Positions 45,430-53,862 are shown, counted from the stretch's first letter. The stretch is DNA of 64,000 nucleotides from an uncultured bacterium (GCA_964511215.1 CAZEER010000003.1:6457-70456); one strand, 5' to 3'. A program made the numbers and translations. Notes: generated from the sequence alone by a model not told the origin.

Positions 45430-46858
45430 GAATAATATTTTGGACTATTTCATTTTGTATATGCTGATAAGGCTCAGAATCTCCAACAAAACCATTAATT
45501 AAGATAGAGAAAGCAACAGGTCCATATTTTGGTGAAAAAATATATCCTGATAAATTATTAACACCAGATAAACCGCCGGTTTTTGCTCTGATCATTGCTC
45601 CTTCTTTTACCAGCCTATTCTCAAGAGTTCCATTTTCCCATCCTCCTCCTGGTAGGACAGAAATAAAATCATCTCTATGTTTACTGCTATACATCTTAAT
45701 TAATAATGAGGTCAAGTGATCGGCACTTGTGAGATTATATCTTGATAGTCCTGAGCCATCTGCTAATCGTATCATGGATGTATCTATTCCAATAGAATCA
45801 GATAAGAATGATTTAACACGGTTTATACCATTCTGCCAATTCCCTTGACTTTGATTAGTAATACCTATTGTTTTAATAAATAGCTCTGCTTTTAGATTGT
45901 CACTCTCGTTCATTAAATCTGCAGTTGAAAAAATGATGGGATTTGAATTATGATACGCAAGAGTGTCGAAGTCTTTTTTTAATGTACCCTTAACCAAATT
46001 TTTTACTTTAACACCATAGTTGTTCAGAGACTCTCTGAAGATCGTGCCTGTGAATAAAGTAGGGTCATAGATATTCCGTCTGAGTGTATCACATTTTTTT
46101 TTATAAAATATTTCACCACTTATTTTAAAATGATTTGTTCTTGCGACCCAATCACGATCTATTTTTAGTTTTTCTAGTTCAATATTATTTGTAACAGTAA
46201 GGGAGTGGTTAGATAATGATATATATTCAGTATATGGGAAATAATTAATATTAGCAGGTTTTCCTGGAATATCTGGGGAAATATAAAAATCTATGCAATT
46301 ATCATTAACAGTTAGTGCTCCAACTGGAGCAGCATACCACCATGCTCCTTCATCCCACATCCATCCCTTACCAAAATATAATGAGTCCATAGAAGTTGCA
46401 TCTAAAAATAATGTGTCAACTGTTTTTAAAAATGTGGATGTTATCTTTGCAAGAGAATCTAATTGATCCACAGTGAGATCAGGGTCACCATGTCCCTGTA
46501 GTATTATATTGTTTTTATCTCGTAAGATATTTGTTGTAAACATATAATCCTTTCCTAAATAATCTAAAGCAGCTGCGCTGGTATACAACTTATTGTTACT
46601 CGCAGGGATTAATAACTTTTTACTATTCAATTCATATAATATTTTTCCGTTAGTCAATGAAATTATTTTTACACCTATTAGAAAATCTTGGTTAGAATCA
46701 ATGATTATTTGATTCAATTTTTTTTTTAAAGAAGAGACTCCTTGATTTGTTAATAAAGAGGGATGTGGAGTACAGGATAAAAGATAAAAAGTTGTTAAAA
46801 AACAAATAGTGTTAAATCTCATGAGAACCATCTTGTACTTTATTAAGAAATGACTCAA
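45422..46858 (-). CDS. dacB: D-alanyl-D-alanine carboxypeptidase/endopeptidase, PBP4 (S13) family
   Basis: PASNNKL (SxxK), DGSGLSRYN (SxN) and KTGGLSG (KTG) are present. The true start may be MRFNTICFLTTFYLLSC (46822), which gives a lipobox and a smaller overlap with the upstream gene. Confidence 0.85.
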   Translation of the reverse strand: MSHFLIKYKMVLMRFNTICFLTTFYLLSCTPHPSLLTNQGVSSLKKKLNQIIIDSNQDFLIGVKIISLTNGKILYELNSKKLLIPASNNKLYTSAAALDYLGKDYMFTTNILRDKNNIILQGHGDPDLTVDQLDSLAKITSTFLKTVDTLFLDATSMDSLYFGKGWMWDEGAWWYAAPVGALTVNDNCIDFYISPDIPGKPANINYFPYTEYISLSNHSLTVTNNIELEKLKIDRDWVARTNHFKISGEIFYKKKCDTLRRNIYDPTLFTGTIFRESLNNYGVKVKNLVKGTLKKDFDTLAYHNSNPIIFSTADLMNESDNLKAELFIKTIGITNQSQGNWQNGINRVKSFLSDSIGIDTSMIRLADGSGLSRYNLTSADHLTSLLIKMYSSKHRDDFISVLPGGGWENGTLENRLVKEGAMIRAKTGGLSGVNNLSGYIFSPKYGPVAFSILINGFVGDSEPYQHIQNEIVQNIIHD

Positions 46859-47480
46859 GTAATAACACGCTTAGAGATTGTGTCTTACTAAATTGTTTTT
46901 CACTTACCCCAATTCTTTGGGCAAATGTTTTTGAAGCTTCAATATGTGGTTGAAAACCCCAAATTGGAAGATGCTTGTGTACTATTGCCTCAATTTTCAC
47001 CATCGAACTTGTTGCAAATACATCAAAGTTCTCAGGACATTTAGTGACACCTTCTTGGTGAGAATAAATTAAATAATCCTCCTGCGTATTATTTAGCCGG
47101 TTATTTTCTAAAATTTTTATTCTTCTAATTCCTCTTTTTTTAGTAGTATTCCATAGATAATCGACTGTTCCTCCAAAAAGGTGTGCCAGAAATTGATGAC
47201 CAAAACAGATCCCAAGAATTGGGATTCTATTTTTAATGCCTATTTCTATTATCTCCTTGATATTATTCAGCCAATGAAAGGAATCGTGGACCGAAGCAGC
47301 ACTACCCATAAGAATTATACCGCAAGCATTGTTAATATGCTTTTTCATGGAATTCGGCGAATGTATTTTGGGTAAATGATAGGTAGTATTTATATTGCAG
47401 CGCAGTGAAATTTCATTGTAAGATTCTATTTCAGGAGTCTTTATTGCAGGGTCAATGACCATTAAGTTTTGAAAACTCAT
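46812..47480 (-). CDS. Class I glutamine amidotransferase-like protein (C26-type Cys-His-Glu hydrolase fold)
   Basis: GICFGHQ nucleophile elbow and the GFQPHIE His-Glu pair. At 222 aa it is stand-alone, with no synthase domain. Confidence 0.72.
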   Translation of the reverse strand: MSFQNLMVIDPAIKTPEIESYNEISLRCNINTTYHLPKIHSPNSMKKHINNACGIILMGSAASVHDSFHWLNNIKEIIEIGIKNRIPILGICFGHQFLAHLFGGTVDYLWNTTKKRGIRRIKILENNRLNNTQEDYLIYSHQEGVTKCPENFDVFATSSMVKIEAIVHKHLPIWGFQPHIEASKTFAQRIGVSEKQFSKTQSLSVLLLESFLNKVQDGSHEI

Positions 47481-47612
47481 TAACTATTATAGTAATAGTT
47501 TTTTAAAAATGACAATTAGAAATATTTTTTTGTTCAAAGTATCCTTTATGAATAAAATTGTGGAATTTGCATCTGATTGAATGTGATATTATATATAAAT
47601 TAGGGTATTTAA

Positions 47613-48458
47613 TTGATCAAATACTTCGTGCATTTTAAAATTTTTGCTATTCTATTATTTGCTTTTGGTTCTTGTGCTGACCGTGGACCTTATGATTGGA
47701 TTGAGTCTCTCCCAGCTCCTTGGACCTTGTCAAATTATCAACTAGATTCATATCTACCACAATTCCATAAAAAGTACCCTGATTATTATGATCGGTTAAT
47801 AGCTCTTAACCTATGGCGTGTAGGTACTCCTTATGGATTATTTTGTCTTGGTGAAGAGCAGGGTATAGATCTCGACCCAATCATTAGAATTGATAGTTCA
47901 GATTGTACGGTACATGTTTTAACGACTATTGCGTTGGCAGAAAGTCAAACATGGCAAGGTGCAAGAGATGCGATGATTGACATCCACTATAAGCCGGATC
48001 TCAATGGTATTAAAAAACCTACTTATAAATCTCGCTGGCATTTTACATCTGATCGTTTATTAAATAATCCCCGCACAGTTGATATAACCTCGATTATTGC
48101 ATCACCAGAAGACGTTGATACAATCAATATTATATTAAATAAAAAAATCGATGGTTCTCAGTTTTTGAAACTTGGTTGGACATCAAAACTATCAACTTAC
48201 TTTATCCCTATCCAAAATATAGGGGAGCATTTATTATCACAACTCCCTGTTATTTGTGGGATTGCTTTTGTTAAAAAAAACTATTTTAAAAATGGTATTG
48301 TTATTGCTCATGAAGGATATGTTATTAATAGAAGGAATCTAATCCATGCTTCATCAGTAGAAAACAAGACAGTCAATGTTAACTTATTGTCATATATTGG
48401 GAATGTTAGTAAACCTCGTTTTGATGGAGTGATGTTTTACGAGATCAGGAAAATTTGA
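47613..48458 (+). CDS. DUF1460 (AmiA-like NlpC/P60-fold N-acetylmuramoyl-L-alanine amidase) lipoprotein
   Basis: TTG start, lipobox FGSC, and DSSDCTVHVLTTIALAE (a candidate catalytic Cys context, as in DUF1460). The family assignment is from memory of the DUF1460 pattern, so confidence is moderate. Confidence 0.6.
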   Translation: MIKYFVHFKIFAILLFAFGSCADRGPYDWIESLPAPWTLSNYQLDSYLPQFHKKYPDYYDRLIALNLWRVGTPYGLFCLGEEQGIDLDPIIRIDSSDCTVHVLTTIALAESQTWQGARDAMIDIHYKPDLNGIKKPTYKSRWHFTSDRLLNNPRTVDITSIIASPEDVDTINIILNKKIDGSQFLKLGWTSKLSTYFIPIQNIGEHLLSQLPVICGIAFVKKNYFKNGIVIAHEGYVINRRNLIHASSVENKTVNVNLLSYIGNVSKPRFDGVMFYEIRKI

Positions 48459-48461
48459 AAA

Positions 48462-50804
48462 ATGGTTAATAAAAATCTATCCCAAGTAGAATCTTATTTC
48501 ACAGATAATAATAAGATATTAAAACAACTTACAAATATTCCATATCTAGTTGTTGATAATTTTCCAGATTTAGGTTTAATTACATCTCTTCGATTTCTAG
48601 AATGGATCTTAGAAAATCCCCATGGTGTTATTAGTCTTCCGACTGGTAAAACTCCAGAATATTTTATTAAATGGACTCACTATTTTCTAAATAATTGGGA
48701 TGTTGATAATGTAAAATCCATTCGACTGAAATATGGTCTAGACTGTAACAAAAGACCAGACTTATCAAAATTACAATTTGTCCAAATTGATGAGTTTTAT
48801 CCTCTTAACCCTGCGCAGCATAACAGTTTTTATAATTATGTAAGCAAATATTATCTTGAAGGGTTTGGGATTTCCCCTAATAAATCATTATTAATTAATT
48901 CAGATTCTATAAAACTTTATAAAGATAAACATTGGAGTTCAATTTTCCCAGATGGAATCATCGATCTGAATTTGCGTTACAGGGATGCCAAAACTGACGC
49001 TGAAAAAATGCAAAAAGAATCGATCTATATTATAGATCAATGGTGTAATCAATATGAAGAAAAAATAAGGAATATGGGAGGGATTGGGTTTTTTCTAGGC
49101 GGTATTGGTCCAGATGGGCACATTGCTTTTAATATCAGAGGTTCAGATCATAATTCAACAACTCGGTTGATGAAAACGAATTTTGAGACACAGGCCGCAG
49201 CTGCCGTGGATTTGGGAGGGATTGAAATTAGTAAAAATCGTTTGGTTATAACTATTGGGCTGGGAACAATAACTTATAATGAAAATGCTACGGTTATTAT
49301 TATTGCTGCAGGAGAAGCTAAATCAGCTATAGTCAAGGAATCACTTGAATCTCAACAAGATATAAAATATCCTGCAACTGTTCTTCAAAAACTTGAAAAT
49401 AGCAGATTTTATATAACTATAGGTGCATCAAAAATGCTTAAGGATAGTCAAGATCATTATTGGAAAAAAAATCCTTGGAATTCGGAAAAGAAACAGAGAG
49501 CATTATTAAAGCTTTCTAAGAGAAAGAACATTTTTGGTAAAAAACTTCAGTTGCATGATCTACAAAAAGATGAAATTTTTAAAAATATGAATGGGATAAA
49601 TGAAAAAACAGTTGATGAAATTATCCAAAATATTGATAAAAAAGTCCAACAAGGAATCAAGATTGAAAAAGATGAAACATATTATCACACGGGTCCCCAT
49701 CATGATGATATTATGCTTGGGATGATGCCTCACATTATACATTTGATTAGGGAACCAAGTAATAGGCATATTTTTGCAAATATGACTTCTGGATTTACAT
49801 CGGTAACTAATAGTTTTTTAAATAAAGTGATTAAAACTACTTTGGATTTTCTTGAAAAAGGGAAAATTCAGATGATAGACTATCTAGATTTTTTTTCAGA
49901 TGGTTATAAGTTTAAATGGGATAAGGACGTATACCATTACCTTGACAGAATTGCCGATAATGATTTAAGTGGCCAATTGAGAGGTTTATCACATAGGGTT
50001 GTACGCTCAATAGTAAAAATTTATAATGTCCAAAATAAAAACCAATTAATCGAGCAATTAACAAGAGTGGTTAATGAATTAAATGATTATTACGATGGAG
50101 AAAAAAATTCACCAGCAATCCAACGGTTAAAAGGAATGATCCGAGAATTTGAAGAAGAGTTAGTCTGGGCAAACTATGGTGTACGTGTAAAAGATGTACA
50201 TCATCTAAGGCTTGGATTTTATAAGGGTGATATTTTTACAGAACAGCCTCAGCAGAAGAGAGATGTAACACCCATACTAGAACAATTAAGAGAATTTAAA
50301 CCAACTGTTATTTCACTTGCACTTGATCCTGAAGGAAGTGGCCCTGATACACATTACAAGGTTTTGCAGGCTATTGCAGAAGCAGTTCGAAGATGGAACA
50401 AAGATTCTGATTTATCAAATTTAAGAATTTGGGGCTATAGAAACGTTTGGTATAGGTTTGATATGTCAGAGGCAGATTTAATTATTCCTGTGACACTTAA
50501 TTCTATGGCAATTATGAATTCTACTTTTATGAATTGTTATTTGAGTCAAAAAGATGCTTCATTCCCCAGCTATGAGTATGATGGCCCTTTTTCTAAACTC
50601 ACTCAAAAAATATGGGTTGAACAGCACAGAGATTTACAACTGATTTTTGGCCGAGATTATTGGTATCAAAATAAAAATCCACATTTAAGAGCAGTGCATG
50701 GAGCATTATATTTAAAACAATTTGGTGTAGAAGATTTTTTGAAGTTAGCTAGGCGAATTGAGGATTCCACAGAAGGATCAAATATTCTAAAAGAATCATT
50801 TTAA
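48462..50804 (+). CDS. nagB: Long-form glucosamine-6-phosphate deaminase fused to a PIG-L/LmbE-like deacetylase domain
   Basis: The N-terminal half carries LPTGKTPEYF, QIDEFYPL and GIGPDGHIAFN (NagB/6PGL fold). The C-terminal half carries YYHTGPHHDDIMLG, resembling the PIG-L (A/P)HPDDxxxG zinc motif. Confidence 0.82.
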   Translation: MVNKNLSQVESYFTDNNKILKQLTNIPYLVVDNFPDLGLITSLRFLEWILENPHGVISLPTGKTPEYFIKWTHYFLNNWDVDNVKSIRLKYGLDCNKRPDLSKLQFVQIDEFYPLNPAQHNSFYNYVSKYYLEGFGISPNKSLLINSDSIKLYKDKHWSSIFPDGIIDLNLRYRDAKTDAEKMQKESIYIIDQWCNQYEEKIRNMGGIGFFLGGIGPDGHIAFNIRGSDHNSTTRLMKTNFETQAAAAVDLGGIEISKNRLVITIGLGTITYNENATVIIIAAGEAKSAIVKESLESQQDIKYPATVLQKLENSRFYITIGASKMLKDSQDHYWKKNPWNSEKKQRALLKLSKRKNIFGKKLQLHDLQKDEIFKNMNGINEKTVDEIIQNIDKKVQQGIKIEKDETYYHTGPHHDDIMLGMMPHIIHLIREPSNRHIFANMTSGFTSVTNSFLNKVIKTTLDFLEKGKIQMIDYLDFFSDGYKFKWDKDVYHYLDRIADNDLSGQLRGLSHRVVRSIVKIYNVQNKNQLIEQLTRVVNELNDYYDGEKNSPAIQRLKGMIREFEEELVWANYGVRVKDVHHLRLGFYKGDIFTEQPQQKRDVTPILEQLREFKPTVISLALDPEGSGPDTHYKVLQAIAEAVRRWNKDSDLSNLRIWGYRNVWYRFDMSEADLIIPVTLNSMAIMNSTFMNCYLSQKDASFPSYEYDGPFSKLTQKIWVEQHRDLQLIFGRDYWYQNKNPHLRAVHGALYLKQFGVEDFLKLARRIEDSTEGSNILKESF

Positions 50805-51223
50805 GTCCCTTCCAGATTAGAATTTATTTCATTAGCGGCTTGTGCCTTTTTAGCAAGATAAAACAAATATAACACAGATGTTCTGATTTCATCCTTAGAT
50901 CCTAAATTATAAAATCCTTTTGGTGGCATTACGCCATTTTCACCTTTATATCCTTCCCAGACACTATTGAAAAGCTCATCAGTTCCTTTTGCGGCGGCTT
51001 TATCCCAATATTCTTTCTCCTCAAGAATTACAGCTCCATTGATCCCGCGCCTATGGCATCTAAAACATGCTGTGGCCCATATAGATTCTCCTAAAATAAT
51101 CTGTTTATTAGTAAGTGACTTATATTCATTAGAATCGTAAATATTTACTGAGATTTCTTTTTTAGCACATCCTGACAGATTAAAAAGAATAACAATATTT
51201 AATAAAGCATAAAATGTTTTCAT
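50801..51223 (-). CDS. Class I c-type monohaem cytochrome, lipoprotein
   Basis: Lipobox LSGC, a single CFRCH haem motif, and a distal GVMPPKG Met ligand context. Confidence 0.8.
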   Translation of the reverse strand: MKTFYALLNIVILFNLSGCAKKEISVNIYDSNEYKSLTNKQIILGESIWATACFRCHRRGINGAVILEEKEYWDKAAAKGTDELFNSVWEGYKGENGVMPPKGFYNLGSKDEIRTSVLYLFYLAKKAQAANEINSNLEGT

Positions 51224-51252
51224 AATAATGTATAGATATTTTAATTAGGGTT

Positions 51253-52233
51253 TTATTGGATTCCAGTTTTTAGAATATCATGAATATGTACAATACCATC
51301 AGGTTTTTTTAGATTTGGATTAGAATAAACAAATAAACTTGTTATGGAGTATTTTTCCATAAGTTCTAGTGCTGAGATAGCTAATGTATCAGATGCTACC
51401 CATTTTGGTTTTTTAGACATAATGCATTCTGCTGTTTTATCAAAAAGGCTATTATCATTATTTTCTAATCCCCTTCGAATATCACCATCGGTTATAATAC
51501 CAATCATTTCATTGTGTTTATCTAATACTCCGGTTACTCCAAAACCTTTTTCTGAAATAACTAGTAAAGCATCTTTGATGTTAGAAGAATTATAAACAAA
51601 CGGAATACGGTTATTTTTATGTGTGAGTTGTTCGACTGTTAATAAAAGGCGCTTACCAAGCATTCCACCTGGATGTATCTCGGCAAAATCTTCCTTATTA
51701 AAACCCTTTAACTCAAGTAAAGAAACTGCTAGGGCATCTCCCATAGCAAGTGTAGCGGTGGTGCTGGCTGTTGGAGCAAGATCTAAAGTACATGCTTCTT
51801 TCTCAATAGATGTATCCAGAAAAATATCAGATTTGAGAGATAATGTTGAATTTTTTCGCCCAATAAGACCTATTATGGGTAGATTTTTCTTTTTTAATAT
51901 ATCTAGAATCTGAGTTAGTTCTATACTTTCACCACTATTGCTTACAATGAGAATTACATCTTGGTCTGTAATCATTCCCAGATCACCATGGACAGCTTCT
52001 CCTGGGTGTACAAATTGAGCGGGTGTACCTGTGGATGCCATTGTGGAAGCAATTTTTTGTGATATTAATCCTGACTTACCTATGCCCGATACAATTAATC
52101 GGCCCTTACATTCAAAAATGGTTTGTACTGCTGATTCAAAATATTTATCGATACGATCTTGCATTAAAGAAACAGCTTCTGCTTCAATTTGGAGGACTTG
52201 TTTAGCGATAGATTTAATATCAGAGTTTTTCAT
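51253..52233 (-). CDS. kdsD: KpsF/GutQ family arabinose-5-phosphate isomerase (SIS + tandem CBS)
   Basis: GIGKSGLISQKIASTMASTGTPAQFVHPGEAVHGDLG is the SIS domain. The C-terminal CBS pair includes VTGVLDKHNEMIGIITDGDIRR. Confidence 0.9.
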   Translation of the reverse strand: MKNSDIKSIAKQVLQIEAEAVSLMQDRIDKYFESAVQTIFECKGRLIVSGIGKSGLISQKIASTMASTGTPAQFVHPGEAVHGDLGMITDQDVILIVSNSGESIELTQILDILKKKNLPIIGLIGRKNSTLSLKSDIFLDTSIEKEACTLDLAPTASTTATLAMGDALAVSLLELKGFNKEDFAEIHPGGMLGKRLLLTVEQLTHKNNRIPFVYNSSNIKDALLVISEKGFGVTGVLDKHNEMIGIITDGDIRRGLENNDNSLFDKTAECIMSKKPKWVASDTLAISALELMEKYSITSLFVYSNPNLKKPDGIVHIHDILKTGIQ

Positions 52234-52299
52234 GATACAAAATTTAATACTATTAACTAATACTACTATTTAGATTTTGATTCAGTTATATATAAAAAA

Positions 52300-52794
52300 A
52301 TGAAATATTTATTATTTTTTACTATGTTTAATATGTCTTTATTCGGAACGCATCTGCAAGTGGGTGAACAAGCACCTAATTTTTCTTTAAATGATCAAAA
52401 TGGTAAAAAACACCAATTAGAAGATTACAAAGGTAAAAATTTAGTAATTTATTTTTTCCCAAAAGCTTTCACTCCTGGCTGAACAAAACAAGCGTGCGGG
52501 TTACGTGATGAGTCAATGACATTTAAAGATTTAAATATTTCTATATTGGGTATTAGCTATGATTCTCAAGATCAATTAAAATCCTTTAAAGAAAAATATA
52601 ATCTACCATTTGATTTTTTATCGGATTCAGAAAAACTTATGGGTAGTGATTATGGTGTAAATAGTTTTCACTTTTTTCCACAGCGTAAGACCTTTCTCAT
52701 TGATGAAAAAGGGATTTTAATACATATTTTTAATAATGTCGATTTAAATAGGCATCCTAAAGATATTTTAAAAATATTTAATCACCATGATTAA
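52300..52794 (+). CDS. bcp: Bcp/PrxQ-type peroxiredoxin with in-frame TGA (52480-52482) at the peroxidatic Cys position; predicted selenocysteine
   Basis: Track ORFs 52300..52482 and 52516..52794 are in the same frame. The joined sequence is ...LVIYFFPKAFTPG[TGA]TKQACGLRDESMTFKDLNISILGISYDS..., and the Bcp consensus is FYPKDFTPGCTxExC. The resolving Cys five residues downstream is retained. An N-terminal signal peptide is present. Confidence 0.8.
52493..52505 (+). promoter_or_regulatory. Candidate bSECIS-like hairpin downstream of the peroxiredoxin UGA
   Basis: CGUG-CGGGU-UACG: a 4-bp stem including one G-U pair, with a GGU-containing loop, starting 10 nt after the UGA. The stem is short, so confidence is low. 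Confidence 0.3.
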
Positions 52795-52804
52795 GGAGTA
52801 ATAT

Positions 52805-53029
52805 ATGAAAGTATCTATTGAATATTGCGCAGTTTGAAACTACTTACCGAAAGCTTCCAGTCTGGAGGCTATGTTAAGCGCAACTTTTTCTGATATTGAA
52901 GTAAAACTTGTATCTAGTGGCGGGGGTGTTTTTGAAATAATGCTAGATGACCAATTAATATTTTCAAAAAAATCCTTAAATCGCTTTCCAGAACATGGAG
53001 AAATTGTAGATTTAATAAAAGCAGGATGA
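52805..53029 (+). CDS. SelW/Rdx-family thioredoxin-like protein with in-frame TGA (52835-52837) in a CxxU motif; predicted selenoprotein
   Basis: Absent from the ORF track. My translation is MKVSIEYCAV[TGA]NYLPKASSLEAMLSATFSDIEVKLVSSGGGVFEIMLDDQLIFSKKSLNRFPEHGEIVDLIKAG. The Rdx family begins with (V/I)xIEYCxxC/U, has GGxFEV in the middle and a RFP(E/D) tail. Confidence 0.8.
52853..52869 (+). promoter_or_regulatory. Candidate bSECIS hairpin downstream of the SelW-like UGA
   Basis: GCUUCC-AGUCU-GGAGGC: a 6-bp stem with one G-U pair and a 5-nt loop containing GU, starting 15 nt after the UGA. Confidence 0.45.
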
Positions 53030-53036
53030 CTGTAGA

Positions 53037-53792
53037 TTGATTTCTGAAATTGATCATAGTGGGAAAATTTATACTGTAAATCTTGAATCTGGGATTGATT
53101 TATCAATCCAAAATAATTTTTCGGGTGATGCCCCAACCTTTTTTAATTCGAATCCTCCTACTATAAGACCCGCACAATCAAAGAATTTTATTGGAGATAT
53201 CGGTCAGGGGGGTAGCTGTAATGTGCCCATCACAATGTTAAATATTCATTGTACAGGGACTCACACTGAATCTATTGGTCATATCAATGACTCTGGTGTT
53301 AGAGTAGTAGATGTTTGTCCCAAAGGTTTGATGACAGCTTTATTAATTACTGTAATACCACGGAAAATAAATGAGACTAATGATTCTTATCATTCTAAAT
53401 TATCTAATGAATTAGTCATAACTAGGGAAAGTATACAAAAACAATTAACAGCGAATGTGGAAGGACTTATATTAAGAACCCTACCCAATAATCAATCTAA
53501 AAAATCAAGAGATTATGATGCAGAACCAGCTCCATTTTTTACTAATGATGCTATTGATTATATACATGATGCTGGTATAAAACACCTACTTGTAGATATC
53601 CCATCAGTGGACAAGGCTGATGATGGAGGAATGTTGGAAAATCATAGAAGATTTTTTAAAAATGGAGCAACAATTTCAGAATTATTATTTATCCCTGATA
53701 TTACCCCGGATGGATTTGGTTTTTTACAAATCCAAATCCCAAATTGGGGATTAGATGTTGTCCCAAGTCGTCCGATATTTTATCCTGTGTAA
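53037..53792 (+). CDS. Putative cyclase family protein (kynurenine formamidase-like fold)
   Basis: The HCTGTHTESIGH block resembles the cyclase-family H.GTH.D.P.H metal motif. The ORF uses a TTG start 8 nt after the SelW-like stop. Confidence 0.65.
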   Translation: MISEIDHSGKIYTVNLESGIDLSIQNNFSGDAPTFFNSNPPTIRPAQSKNFIGDIGQGGSCNVPITMLNIHCTGTHTESIGHINDSGVRVVDVCPKGLMTALLITVIPRKINETNDSYHSKLSNELVITRESIQKQLTANVEGLILRTLPNNQSKKSRDYDAEPAPFFTNDAIDYIHDAGIKHLLVDIPSVDKADDGGMLENHRRFFKNGATISELLFIPDITPDGFGFLQIQIPNWGLDVVPSRPIFYPV

Positions 53793-53862
53793 TTTTCATT
53801 TTTTAAAATGTATAGTTCTATTTGTAATTTTATGATTAATGCATGAATGAAAAAGGATCAAA

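Noticed and set aside
50801-50804. Convergent 4-nt overlap of the nagB-fusion and cytochrome c stop codons with no terminator between them
   Set aside because: It is real in the sequence (TTTTAAG read on both strands), but it is a common packing feature in compact genomes. No functional claim can be supported.
51253-52233. SIS-domain protein considered as the missing MurNAc-6-P etherase (MurQ) of the peptidoglycan locus
   Set aside because: It carries a C-terminal tandem CBS pair and the KpsF/GutQ-type SIS sequence, and it is separated from the locus by a cytochrome c gene. MurQ has no CBS domains.
52480-52482. The possibility that the peroxiredoxin is simply a pseudogene broken by a nonsense mutation
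   Set aside because: The stop falls exactly on the catalytic Cys codon. Both halves remain in frame and motif-perfect. A second gene 10 nt downstream of this gene's stop codon shows the same Cys-to-TGA pattern with a better hairpin. Pseudogenisation remains the formal alternative if the genome lacks Sec machinery.
52840-53136. 98-aa minus-strand ORF, the only ORF the track lists over this interval
   Set aside because: It lies antisense to the SelW-like gene and the start of the cyclase gene. It has no recognisable motifs. The plus-strand reading, with TGA as Sec, gives a family-typical protein, so this is judged a shadow ORF.
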